Assembly: GCA_051362555.1 (NCBI GenBank)
Contig: CM120645.1
Span: 3,658,001 to 3,722,000, forward strand
Direction of reading: 5' to 3'
Length of the DNA stretch: 64,000 bases
DNA from: Lingula anatina
Taxonomy: Eukaryota; Animalia; Brachiopoda
Shown: positions 12,574 to 26,300 of the stretch, piece by piece
Position numbering within the stretch: the first letter of the stretch is position 1
How the letters are laid out: each line of letters opens with the position of its first letter
The notes under the pieces: model-generated
Seen by the model: only the letters and a program-made list of their open reading frames with translations
Told to the model about the DNA's origin: nothing
The model's database searches: none
Position numbers and translations under genes: made by a program

Positions 12574-13534
12574 GCAGACAATTTTCCAGCCTCAGAGGTA
12601 GACCCAGAACAAATATAAATAAATAAATAAATAGGACTTTCAACTCTCACCTTCCTCAGAAATCTGCGTAAATGTATCGAACAGTGTCTTCGTAGAACTC
12701 TGTCTTAAAACTGTTAAAGGAAAGAAAAATAAATACCTTCTTGGAAATATCAACATATTTCCTTTAATCACCAAGTTTAATGCTTTCTAAAGCTCTAACT
12801 GTAGGAACATGAATATAACTATCTAGCTACTATAAAGGGACCTCAACAGAAATTTATACATTTGTTTATTATTTTTTTGCATGATATCTATAATAGGGCA
12901 TTTTATGGTATACGAAACAAGTTTATGTGGGATTCTTGGTACCCCTTTCCTCTGTTTTGAGAAATTGGGGGGGGGGGGATAAATTGTTGCAGCTTATTTG
13001 GAATAAGTTTTCCAATTACAGCATGGATTTACAAAATTGCTATAGAAACTCTTATAATTTTGAATCAAATGTTGGAAACGAAAAAGCGAATAATTTCAGT
13101 CGTCTTGATATATTTGCTATGCGTTAAGTCAAGAGTGGTAAAGACATGCCCATTGACGGACGTTAAAATCAATCCCTTTGTTTCAGTGGAATTAAAGGGA
13201 TCTATTGGCGCAGTTGATTTAGCAAGAGTAATTGGACATATGTCCTTTTCACCGGTATGAGTATTCCTTGTAGATACGTAATTATATAAGTTGGTCAAAA
13301 TGATTGACGCGGTAATTTGACATAAATAGTTTCATTATCTTTTCACAGTTAGATCGACGTTTTTTTTTTTAAATATGAAATGATAAATGATAAACTGAAG
13401 TTCAAACGCAATCCTACTGTCAGAATTCTAACTTTGTAGCATGTGTTTGAGCATTTCACACGGGGAAATCCAGGTGTATATTTTCAGGGATTTATACACT
13501 AAAATTTTGTTCTCAAATAAATAAAGACAAAGTT

Positions 13535-13880
13535 TTTGAATATGATAACTTTATAGGCTGATTATGGACAGAATATGCTATCTTTATGAGCTGGACATGG
13601 TTACTTTCTGGGCTAGAGACTTACTTTTTTTGGGCGAATATGGTTACTTCTTGGACTGGATATTGGTAACTTAATGTGGTGAATATGGTACCATTATGGG
13701 TGGAATATGGTAACTTATGGGCTGGATGTGAAAGCTTTTTGGGCTGAATATGGCAACTTTATGGGCCAAAAATGGTAGATTTATGGGCTGAATTGGCAAC
13801 TTAATAGGCTGAATGTGGTAGCTTTATGTATTAAATATGGCAGCTTTATGAGCCAAATGAGCTAACTTTATTGGCTGGAG
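13535..13880. repeat. Degenerate ~21-22-bp minisatellite (approximate consensus TTATGGGCTGAATATGGTAACT), about 15 units
   Basis: Recurring atgggctg/aatatgg/aacttt motifs at ~22-nt spacing. Confidence 0.8.
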
Positions 13881-16800
13881 GCATTCTTTAAAAAATAAAC
13901 AATACGCACCTAGTGCGTCAAGATAGCAACGGGGTTCATTTTTTTTGCTTATATTTCACGCATGAATTAAAAAATTCACCAAAATGGCTCAGGCTTTTTA
14001 ACTGGAAAAAGTTATTCATTCATCAATAGGTCGACGGATTTTCACTTGAAATCAGACATCTATTCGGCCCATCTCCGAATCAAAACATTCTAAACGCCAA
14101 AGAATTTGTTTCTCCCCTTCAGTTACTGACATCATTAGGAGTTGCTTAACATGCAGAACGTGTGATAACCAGACCCCTATTAACTGTCTTTAAACATCAA
14201 AATAGATAGACCATTTAAAGTGCCGTATCCCTTGTGTTTCATTTTCATGCCGGCGTTTTAAGAAGAACGCTCCCTCTTGTCTGTTCTTTGACTTTAATCT
14301 ATCATGTGTCCCATGATGCTGCAGCGCTTACGTCCGGAATATTTGCTTCAGTCGCCTTCAGACTGCGTTTATCTCAGTCTGCCAAGCCCCGTGAGCCCCG
14401 TGGTGCCCTTTAGAGTGGAATCAGAATTGGAAGGAAATTAAGGGAATTGTATCTTATTCTAAAAATATCGTACTTATTTAATGTAAGAACATCCAGTTAC
14501 AGGAATAGTCATGGCAACTGGTTGTAACTATGAAGTCGTCCTTAAAAAAAAAATGAGCATGTAATGCGAATATTAAAGTATGCCTAACTATAGGTGCTCG
14601 TGCATTGTAACAAAATTATACAATAAAGCCCCTGTTGTTGATCACATTTTACCTCATCAAGTCCAAGCAATATACCAACACACAGTGAGACAGTACGTAC
14701 CGATGTATACAATATACACAGTATACCAATATACATATACATATACACAGTGCAAACTTAACGCTTGCCCATCCAGGCAGGTAATCGTGAAGCACAATAT
14801 AACATATTTAACTTCGAAGACCTTACATCCTTAAAACGATTGCTAAAACTGGGGAGAGGGGTTTTCATGAATGCCGAGCTAAAGCGTCCAATTGTACCAT
14901 CTTAAGTTACTGTTGTAGCTTGTTGACCTTAAAAGAAAGTCAACTGACACTCAAAGGATACAGTGCAAACTGGCAATTGTCCATTTTTCTTTAACTCAAA
15001 ACGTAGATTAAAATCTATGGCTTTATGTGAACAGTATATAGGCCTACATGTATTGAATCTTCGCCGATACTGCGCGTTTTGCTAATAAAGACAAAATGTC
15101 AACTGACAAGGGTTCGTATTTTGGTTATACGAAAAAGGCAATGAAAATATGATTTATTGACTTCTTGTATCAATGAAACAACAGCATGTCAAGTGTTTTG
15201 TGTAGAGCACAAAGTAAAAATTGATCACTGTGGCCACGGGAGTCCAGGGAGAAAAGACCCGGATGATTAATAATGGATCTCCTTCTTGTAACGATTTCTC
15301 ATTGTTATCTAATCTCAAAGAAGTTGATGGATGGCGAGGGTCTCATGGCGGAGCCCTGGATTGTAAAGAAAACCCCCCGGAAATGCGAAAGCAACTTGTC
15401 AGAATTAATTGCACGACATTTGAGAAATCTCTATAAACATGACTTCAGCTGAAACTTTGATAGCGGAGAGGAAGTGGATCATTTAGTTAGAATGTCAAAT
15501 TTGAAATAAGCCGTGACTTTGAGTCTTTTTCATTTGATTCGACAACAAATATCAAGGTGATTTTTATTTGCTGAGGTTTGTTCAGAATTGAAATTCAAGA
15601 TAATATCTCTTTTTATTGAAAGTAACTCAATATGGACCCTTTTCTGGTAAATATTAAGAGCAAAGATATTTCCCCTCATAAAACTGGTAACTTGTAGTAA
15701 GCAACATACAAAATTGTATCTCATAAAAAAAAAACGATGTTCTGCAAGAATGCGAATTATGTGAAATATTCTTAAAAGCATTTCAAAATGTATCGACTGA
15801 GGGTTGCACTTTTCACACAAAAATGGAATCACGCAAACTCACGCCATGGATAATCCATTTTACCGATGAATGATGAAAAGGAGAAGGTTGTGAAATGTGG
15901 TCAATAAAGTTAAAAAAAAAAAACACGATATACAAAGGTTTGGTTACTTTAATTGTGCGAAGGTGTAATGCCCATTATATGCCTTTCAAAACCTTTCAGT
16001 ACGAATTGCAAATGGCTGATGTTTAAGGAACCAGTATCTACTCCGGCGCCATGCCAGAACGCTAGATCTATCATGAATAATTCAAGCCAAACTTTGGACG
16101 CAGTATGAAAGTACATCAGTAAATCATCTATTTATTTTCATCTTGCTCTAGCGTGCTAAATCTTATCAAAATGCACTCTACCGCATGCTGTGTATAAAAT
16201 ATAGAATGGAAATTTATTTCCATTCCGTGGTGAGCTGTAATAACGCTCGTAATGAAGAGAGAATTTGATTGTTTGCAAGCGGGTCATTACATTTGGTTTA
16301 ATAATATTCACAGTGAGGCGAACAGAAGTACCGACGCCTGCCTACAATGTATTTTATTTTTATTATTATAATTATTATGCATTAGAGCTTAAGATGAAGC
16401 TACGGATATCTAGCCTTTGTCTATTTCCAGTAAACCAATTATTTATAACCCAGTCACTTTCCACCAAGATACAGGTATTATTCTGTCTGGAACTGTGTAT
16501 TAGATCCATCAACAAGTGTTGTTAAGGTTCAGAGCAAAGACCTTTAACGGTGTGCGTATAGTAAGCCTACAGGGTGTGGGGCATCTAAGAACGCTAGCTG
16601 TACAGGTAGGCCTACCATTTAGAAGACGACCTCTTCCTTTGGGTTGGAATGATAGTAATTTGTTGTGAGAATTATAGAAATGAAGCGGCTATCTACCGGG
16701 TTTGCACCGTGCCATTTATAATTGAACTATGACACCGTCATAACTGTTTAACAAAACAAACTCCCTTTGCAAAAGAACTACAACCATGGCTTATAATCTC

Positions 16801-19800
16801 CAGCGTAGGCAGCTGTCGAAACTGAATTGTTGTCAGGTTGCAAATTAGACCGATGTTGTATACGCTTTTAATGTTTTAACATTCTTTGACGCGTGATGAA
16901 TGTGTTCTGTATATACTTTAATTTGCGTATTATAATAATTCTTTATTGAGCACTAAATGTGTAGGCCTACAGGTTAAATTTTACAGGTTTAAGGACTCAA
17001 ATGGTCATTGATGATAATTCAATGAAATTCCTTTCAATGCTATCTGGTGCTATAACAAAGTTTTAAGTCAATACTATATAGAAAGCAATATTTCTGTGGT
17101 AACCGATTCAAAAACCATAGTCCCGTGATCTCTGATCATTCGGTTGTCTATTGTACGGTTAAGTTCTGCTCTCAGCCTCTATATTATGACAATGCACGTC
17201 TGTTCATACACGTCTCGATCTTTGGCAGTGACACATATCCCAAAAAGTATGAAATATATATCGCCATTTCATTTGCCATCATTTAGGAACCCACCGCTGT
17301 ATACTTGGCGGGTTAGATAGGCCCCGGTGTATTGAATTGGTGTTTGTTTACCAACAGCTGGAGAGTTCATATCAGCTCAAGGTACTTTCATACTTTACGC
17401 GAATGGTTTGGAGTGTTGTCCCATCGTGATTTTAAAACAATTGTCAACTGCCTAGAGGCCGTGGCAGTATGGCAAGCATAAGAGATGAATGCCCTCTGAA
17501 CACAGGCTGCGCTAGTAACCTAGCTGTTACAAAAATGTCCCATAGTGTAATTTTGTATACTATTTTAGGGGGCCCTGATATGAGAGGGTAGAAGATGACC
17601 GTTATCTAGGACACCACTTTACACGCTGAATTCCCGCATTTCGTAATTGGACTACCATTCATGCGCTGAAAACCACACAGCTGTTTTAGGCTGTTTTGGT
17701 AATTTGGTAATTTAAATGAAGCACTATCTAGTGAAATTTCGATTTATGATGTTGGAAAAATTTCTGGGAATCAAAAATAATCGTTCGGGGCAACTTTTTT
17801 TAACCCACCCAATAAAAGATTATAAATCCAGTCTGGAATGTACAATTTCTAACCCTAATTACGCGTTATAATCCTAGAAGATTTGGGCCTGCAGTTACAA
17901 TTAACACTATCACTTCACATCTCGCGGTCAGTTGTAGCCCAAAAGAAGAACTGGACAAAAAAAAAAGCAGGGAAATCAATTACTGAATAATCATGGGGAG
18001 GGTTTTGGGATAATGGTTCTTTGGTCTCAAAATGACAAGACGAATGCGTTTAAATCACCAGGACGCCATGATGAACTTTTATGTCATAATGAGAAACGAC
18101 AGTAAGAAGGCTGAAAATTCAACGATCGAAAGGGATGTTGGCACTTCTATGCCTACATGTTTCCGAATCACTATTATGTGCACTTAACACAGTAAAAGAC
18201 ACGAAATTACAAAATTGTTGAAACAGCGGGCAATTGATGAATGACGCCCGGACAGAACCCACGTGGAATGATTAAAGTTGACGTAGATACGTGAACAGCG
18301 TCTTCAACGAGAAAAGAGATCAATCGTGTGGCACTGTGCTGTTTAACTTGACATATTACGACCATTAGACACTGACCTTAAACAATGGGAAGAAATATTC
18401 CATTTCAAGTGTCTTCTGATCAATAGAAATGGTTTTCTCGAGGAGCATAGATGGACAAAGCAATTAAAACGTACACGCCGGCGACCAGACTCGAAGATGT
18501 TACAGAAAAGTAATTTTCATTCCATATTAGTAACTATTCTATCTAATAAATCAACTTCTCTTTTCCCTTTTCAAATTTGGTGGTAAACGTTGGATAAGAA
18601 AAACTGAAATTTTAAAAGCCCAGTCTTATCTTTTTTGAGATACAAAAATATTTCAACTGGTTTGCCATAAAAATGGAATACAAAATATGAGTGATAAAAC
18701 GAGTATGTGGTAGATTTGTATTTTCACTATTTTGCTTCGCCACAGACATGACGTCATATGTCAACATGACATCATGTGTCTGCTGGAATTAGGCAGCAAT
18801 AGGGCATGGTAACGTTAAAGACGATGGTGTAACAGATATTCACCATTAATTCCATTCTTTCAAATTGTATCTTTCAGCGCTTTTTTATTAGATTTTTCAT
18901 CTGAAGTTTCAAATGCCATCCATTTACGGTTAGAACTGGTTAGAAGTGGTGGAACCTCGACTAGACGGGAAGCGCATATGATATCTCATGTACTGCACGA
19001 ATGAAAAAAAAAAAGTTAAGAATAGAGATAATCAAATAAACGCAGCACAAGTGCGATTGATTTTAAATCTCTTCTTACTCCTCATAAGGATTTATTTCGC
19101 ACAATTGTGCAAAATGTTCGTCCCCCATCGTCACAAAATTAATCAACTTCCTTGTTTTAGACTCCTGATTTCCATCTCCTAAGGCATAAAGCCATCTCCA
19201 GTGATTATCTGTGTAACTAGACATATAGTATCTAATACGTTCGAAAAAACTACCCGAAGACGCGGTCCCCCTTCTGCTTCTTGCACAGTCCAACTACTGG
19301 ACAGTAATATGACCTACTTATGCTATTTAACAGTTTTAGTTCGTGAAAACGAGACGCGAGCGAAAACCCAAATGTATACGGTAACTCTTGATAAAAATTG
19401 AGTGTATGTGTGTAATACCCCAAACCTGTATATACAAATTATATTTGTACCCCAAAAATATATCGATATTGTCGTGCGAAATTTCGGTGGGGAGGGGGGG
19501 CCGGGTACTGAACATCCGTTATGTGAATACACCGCACTATACTATAGTTAATCAGATCTGTGGTTAGGCAAGAAAAGCCCATGTTGGATTAGACGAGAAA
19601 TTCATGGAATCGAAAACAAATAACACGGAGGGTTAAAAGTGATTTAGTTACCTTTCTACACGTATGGACCCTAAATTACTTTTTACAAATAAGCCTTCAA
19701 AAGGTTTTTCGGGAAAAGAATGTCTTTTGTCAACCAATGCAAGTATTATGCGTTGGCGATAAGGATGGGTTGAAGATCAGACAGTGATTTAATATTTAAA

Positions 19801-21991
19801 GATTACGTACAATATGCCCTTAAAAGAGAGTATTAGATTTTAGATAACACATATTAATTTACCGTCTATTAAGCCGTAACATAATTAGGCTTACTGGCGT
19901 CCACTTATTTCTTTATTGATTGTCGATGGGAAATGAGCTGGCCCAAAGTTACGTAGAGTATAGATATTAAACAAATGCGATTTAGAGAGAGAGATTAAAC
20001 AAATACGATCTGTATTATTGCCGCACAGCGGACAGTGGATTCAATTATATACTGTTGTATTATAGTATATAGTTTCTATTGGATATGGAGAGAACACGAG
20101 TTACGTGTTTGTGCATGTGTGATACGGCGTACAGCGTTAACAAAAGCATATTCATATTAATAGATATGGAGTTAGCAGAGGTAAACAAAAACAGTCGAAG
20201 TCATCAGTGTCTTTTTAGTAAATAAGGAATTCAAAGCATTTTTCAATTTTTAGTATCATGGCTAATATCAAGATGCTGAAAAAGGGTACGAGGGCGGCTG
20301 TCAGCGTTATAAACTATTTCGCAATTTCAGTATATCATTTTTTGGAGGGGTTCATTATCACTTTAATCTTTTGATTCAATCGTGTTTTGTTTCAAATATC
20401 TTTTCAAATGTTGCACAGAATTATAGCAACGCCGGGGACTCCAATTTAACACAATGGAACGAGAAAGCCTTTTTTGAATGTATGCAAATACACACCCAGC
20501 ACTTTAATGATGTATCTCTGTATACGAAGTGACCTACTGGAATACTTTACTTACTGGTGTAAGACCTGCAATAATTTGGTGAAATTTAAGAATTTTTTAT
20601 TAACTTTTTCTTTTTGGCATTTTTACATGTGTTTATAGTTTTTAATGCAGTCGAGTTTATCTTCTTTCCTTAAAATGCATGCTCTTATTTATAATAAGTA
20701 GCTCTTTCATGTTCATAATTTTATAAATGTATTAATCAATTTGTAAATCTTATTTCTTAATTTGTATTTTCATTTGATGGTATGTGCCACATAATAATGA
20801 ATTATTAATATCATTATCATAATTATAACTTATATATTTTACAGGAGTGTAATTAGGTTAAAGTTTTGTGCTATGCCTTTGGATCTCATTGTTTTCATTA
20901 ACGTTATCATTATTGTAATTATTATCGTAATAACTATTGTTATCACCAAGACTGGGTAAACAGTGCAAATGGAACGTCTAAACGCGTAAGTAGTGAGTAC
21001 ATGCACTCGAGGCCATACGCAGTAAATACACACTCATCCAGAACTACCACATACACTGCACATTCAGTTATATGACAACTCACATCACTTTTGGCATGGC
21101 AGACAGCCTTAGTATAGCTTAAGGCTGATTTATTATGGATAAACTCTTACAATTACAGTATTATTATTGTTATCATTGTCGTTATTGTTGTCACAATGCA
21201 TTTTCTTTACATTTCATTTTTGACATGTGTGATTTATGACACTTCACACTTCTTATTTGTGTTTTTTTAACTAAATCACATGTTCTCGAAAAGTCGTATG
21301 GCTTGAAGATAAAGGTGGTACGTTCTTGTCTAAAAAACTGGGGAGAAAGCCGTTATCGTCACGGGCCATTTATTACAGTTATTTCAGTCCAGAAATAAAC
21401 TTTTAAATCAACCCTCTCTTTAAATTTGCTATATGTATATCAACCTTTATGTTACAACTTAACAAAATAAAAAAAAGTGAAAAAGAGAAACAAAATCATC
21501 ATCATCATATCATCATTATCATTCAGATGCATCCGTAATTCGTGTTACAATGTTGCTCCACGGCTCTCAATTACCCATGAAGACTGGGAGGTCTTCAATT
21601 TCCTCATGGATATCTCACTGCCACACAGATGTGGCCCAAAATAAGAGATGGGTCTTCTTTCTCTGACTGTAATCTTCTCGACGCAACTGATCTTGTTGGT
21701 CATGGAACATACTCGTATTTTATGCATCGGATTGTAGACTTATTGTCTTTTCAAACTTAATATTTATAAACAAAGGATGTACGCGGTAATGAGAAATTCG
21801 AATTTTAGGTACCTTCAGATGCTAAACTTGAGCATGTTACATGAGGCCCTTTTTTGTGACAGAGTCAACTATGACGTAGACGAACATTAAAATAAAACTT
21901 TAACTATATTTTTATTATAAGCAACATTTAAGCGTCAAAAAGAAGGAAACACCAACGACAACATCTCTCAATGAAAATTTCAAAGATTCCG

Positions 21992-23323
21992 TCACTTAAT
22001 CATGTCCCGCCGAATCTGAGGAGAATTATTAGCAGAGTTGGGACAATACGTGGTGACAGAGCTGCGTGGAGCTATAGCTAGCTGCGTGCCCATCTGCGTT
22101 GATCTTAAGCTCGTGCGTTCAGTTGGCATGGAGATGCCACACGCGGTTCCAATTCTTCGAAACATCGTCCCGAAGCCTGCGCGCATGCGCCGAAGCCGTA
22201 ATCCGTAAATGAGCGGGTTGATGATAGCGTTCACGATGAAGAGGGTGGTCACGATGTAAGAGTACCAAGCGCTGTCTTCAGAGGTGAGATCCCCGGCAGA
22301 GGTTACTGAATTCACAACCACGTACGGCAGCCAGAACACTAACAATACTCCATAGAGCAGCATTGCAGTCACAGCCACTTTTAGCCTGCGCTCAATAGGT
22401 CCCTTTGTTTTCTTTTTCTTGGCGCCATTACCAGTAGTCTTCCTCAGGGAGGTTTTGGGCGGCTCCGACTCTGAGTTCTGTAACACGACTGCCCCGTGGC
22501 GGCCATTTGTTCCGTTGTACGAATTAAAGCCCTCGTTGGAACACAACAAGGCACTTTTTCTCCTGGCAGCTTGAGCTATGTACAGAACTCTGGCATAGCA
22601 TACAGCCACGATTACCAGGGTGATCCCTATAATACCCGTCGTGATACCGATTTCTATATAAATGTTCTTCTTGTCGAATCCGTATGCGATGCATACACAG
22701 GTGTAAGACAGAAGTTTCGCGTCGCCTGCAGCTTTAATGTATGTTCCAAAACCGAGGACGAGCGATGTCAACCATATCGCAGCCAAGAGTACCCAAATTC
22801 TCGGCGAATAGAGAAGGTAGAGGTTTTTCAGTGGTCTTAGCACTTTCAGTGTTGTATATATGACCAGGCATACGGTTGACAAAGCACCGACAAATATACT
22901 GGTTAGCATTACTAGACGGATGACATTAGTCAAACAAACCGTCGACAGTGTTAACATTCCCTTGCCTTGGTGCAAAGCAAAAAACGCTGCCCCTACCGAA
23001 GAGAGCAGAGCGTCGGAGAAACACAGACTTCCTAAGATATGATACATTGTGTCTCCTTGTTGTCTGACGTGAGCAATGGCGCCAAGTGAAATAATATTCT
23101 CTATGACACCAACGACACACAGAATGACCGGAATGAAGTAATACATATGGTGCTCTTCTTCCAAAACATCGGATTCTGTATTGTTCCAGCTCTGGTAGAT
23201 TTCGAACGCCCTTTGCATCTCTGAGCTTTCCAGCTCGAAGTCGTCGCTGCTGTAATTCTCGAAAGAAAACTTATGAAAATCCCAGTCCGATGCAAAATGC
23301 TGATCGCCTATGCACTCTGCCAT
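21992..23323 (-). CDS. Orphan class A GPCR, melanocortin/MECA-cluster-like, 443 aa, intronless CDS
   Basis: Seven hydrophobic segments. TM1 GVIENIISLGAI, TM2 MYHILGSLCFSDALL (compare melanocortin MYxFxxSLAxxDML), TM6 VFWLPY, TM7 NAIINPLIYGLR, no proline in TM5, long basic ICL3. Minus-strand acceptor (ttctttgtactttcag) at 23583-23600 indicates a 5'UTR intron. Confidence 0.92.
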   Translation of the reverse strand: MAECIGDQHFASDWDFHKFSFENYSSDDFELESSEMQRAFEIYQSWNNTESDVLEEEHHMYYFIPVILCVVGVIENIISLGAIAHVRQQGDTMYHILGSLCFSDALLSSVGAAFFALHQGKGMLTLSTVCLTNVIRLVMLTSIFVGALSTVCLVIYTTLKVLRPLKNLYLLYSPRIWVLLAAIWLTSLVLGFGTYIKAAGDAKLLSYTCVCIAYGFDKKNIYIEIGITTGIIGITLVIVAVCYARVLYIAQAARRKSALLCSNEGFNSYNGTNGRHGAVVLQNSESEPPKTSLRKTTGNGAKKKKTKGPIERRLKVAVTAMLLYGVLLVFWLPYVVVNSVTSAGDLTSEDSAWYSYIVTTLFIVNAIINPLIYGLRLRRMRAGFGTMFRRIGTACGISMPTERTSLRSTQMGTQLAIAPRSSVTTYCPNSANNSPQIRRDMIK

Positions 23324-26300
23324 GTTTGATGATAATGCTTGGACACTGGATAAACTTAAAAGATGTCTAGCTTAGAAGATATTGACTTTATCACGGTAGA
23401 CGGTATGACTTGGTGCTTTGATGTGAAGGAAATCCACCGCCTACGCTCTTTCTCAGATACTGGCTGGAATATGATTAACCCGATCCTAGTCAATCTCGAT
23501 ATCAAATGGGTTTAGTTCACTGTCATAAGCAGCAGAGTCACCTTCCAGGTCGACCACTGTAGCGTCAGTGCATTTTTATACTCTGAAAGTACAAAGAAAT
23601 ACGAATTATGCAACATCACTAACACATGTCACTGGAGATAATTCGTTTTGGAATTATAATTGTATCTGTATAAAGTGTCTTTTGGAATATTGCATGCCCT
23701 TTGGGATTTCAAAGTAAGCGTTTCACAGAAAAGCCATCTTGTAATGATTGCTTATTTTCTAACGAGTTCTCAAATCAATACAGCATGGATCTGCGTTAAT
23801 TAAATCGAGCGCATTGCTTGAATTAATTGTGATCTTAAGCGACACGTTTGATTAATGTTCATTCCATTTAGAAGAGAGTGCGTGTGAAATTAGTTAATTA
23901 CAATGGTAGCCGCAGACCAAGCGTTGGACAAGCAATTAAGACAACCCAAGGCGGTATTGTACGCATTATGTACGTCGCCAATGAAAGGTCCGCTCTGATA
24001 TTGGAATGGAATTAGACTATAATGTAGAAGTATTCATTCCGTAATAACATGCAAAGAACTTAATGATCACTTCAGAGCGGTGAACAATTAAGGAAATAGT
24101 TTAAAACGTGCTTTGACCGTTACGTAAATCCAACTGAATGATTCAATCGAACTAATGGCGTTCAAGGCAAATAAAGTTCTCTACGGGAAATTGGATTATG
24201 TCAGAGACTGATGGACCGGGAAAGAGTTCAAACATATGTGAACAATTAAAGTTGATAAGCATTATTGATGAAGGACGTATTTCAGGGAAGGGCTCCGTTT
24301 TATCGAATGCCAGTGTGAAACTCAGTGGTTCTAGATCAAAGGCACATATGTTTAGCACAAGTTGCTGTCGTGACATATATATCCAATTATGTAAATGAAA
24401 CTGTCCCGAGGGGATCATGTAATTTAGATGCTGTTCGCGCGAACTAAATGAGTATTTTGAATTCATGGCCCAGGTTTGTTTCTTTTTAACGAGAAACACA
24501 ACAACCAAGAGCCATATCCTCAGTTCAGGAACACCACCTGTGACGACACATACGCTGTACTTTATTAAAAAGCACTCCTTCGGGAAGTTATTATATCAAT
24601 TGGCACTGCGCGAACCAGATAGTGCAACTTCGGTCGTATTTAGAACGTATTACTAATATTTGTTCCACCGAGAGGTATAAGATACCCCTCCCCCCCCCCC
24701 CTCCGCCATGTTATTCCTATTACGTCCTTGACTTGAATGGCCAGCTCAATGACCAGTGGCTGGGCTTACGTAACGGCTGATTCCAATCAAGCGTACACTA
24801 GAGAGTGAAGCCCCGTAGTTTTAGCTTAATGCTCCCTTTTTTATTAAATCGATTCTCTAAACGAAGACTACCAATCCCATACTTTAATCTACTAAATGCG
24901 TCAAATAATCTGAATAATTTATTATTGTTCGTGGTGAGTTCACGGAAAGTTAAATTAATTAAAAAAAAAAAGGATGCACATACTGAATGTGCGTACATTG
25001 ACGTGCACTTGGCGGCCTATTGACCCGTAGTAATAAAGCCATGTATTTTGTATAAATTTATGAGAAATTCTCTACAGTCAATTATTGTTTTGAACATGCA
25101 AAAGCTGCATATATTTATGTTAAAAAACTGCGGTGTAATAGTTTGGTTCAACTTGGGGGGGTGGGGGGGGGGGCGGAGATGGCAGACACGTACATCTTAG
25201 ATTGAGCGCACAACCTATTTCTGACGTCCCAAGCAAAGAAAGTCGGGAAATTAGAAGCATGACAGGAATGAAAAAGGTGGTTGTTTGCGTCATGAACCGG
25301 AACAGCAGGCAGGAAAGAGTCAAGGGCAGACCAAGATACAGCCCCACGCACTATGAGTTTCCATCCCCTTTTAATAAAACCATGCTAATATATATATTCC
25401 GGATGATACTCCTCTTTGAACGCCTTTTTTACTCTGTTGATGAATTGCACTAGGCTTCACTGAGGGTGAAGACCCTGGGTTTTATACCATTTTAACAGGT
25501 GTTATTATCAACAAAAAAATTATTATAAAAAAATAATAAAAAAATAAATAATAAATAAATAGAAAACATAGAACATTATACTTAAATACAAAGAACATTA
25601 TACTTAAACATAGTTTACACACACAGCCTGTTCTTTGTTAAGGAAATTATCCCCCAAGAAAAACAACATCTATTTCCATTATACACAACGCCGCGTGAAA
25701 AGAGTTACAACGTTTCTTCTGGAAACAACAAAAACATGCGGGCGATCCATTTCAGATTACACCGACCAACTGGTTAACATTTTGCGTAAGAAAAACAAGA
25801 TGGCTTCAAAAAGTCTTCTACACAATGGAATGGGATCCAGATTGGTTTAAATTGCTTCTGACACTCTAGTAATCATATTGCGTCACCTGAATGTATCGCA
25901 GCAACATGGTGCGCGTTTGTCGTTTGAGGTGATGTTGAAACAGTCATTTTACATTTGAATCGTTACTCAAGTTTTGGCACCATATCCTAAGGGTTATTCC
26001 ATGCTATAGAGAATACACATAAATAAAGCCTTATGACAGCCAAGGAAATTAAAAGGTGTACGACGTGGTGAGAGGCCCCAGGTGGTACTTATACACTATC
26101 GAAACATTGAAAGTTAAGGACATATTCCCAGTTAGCCAAAACCAGTCTATAAACCCCTTTATGATTCTGGTTGTTAATATATTATCATATAATTTTCATG
26201 GGATTCACTTGTCTTCAGATAAAGTTTGGTCATTTTGCTTGTGATGTCATATCAGCGGTTTGGGGATGAAAGTGTTATTTTCGGTTTATTGATTTTTTTC

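Noticed and set aside
13535-13880. CRISPR-like array
   Set aside because: Contiguous degenerate ~22-bp units with no unique spacers, no cas genes and a eukaryotic context. It is a minisatellite.
17122-17163. PVISDHSVVYCTVK, resembling the SDH motif of LINE endonucleases
   Set aside because: Too short, with no supporting flanking frame. It may be an old LINE relic but I cannot support it.
22496-23295. Overlapping ORFs within GPCR2 (and 8577-9364 within GPCR1)
   Set aside because: Alternative-frame or antisense by-products of GC-richer coding DNA, with no recognisable motifs.
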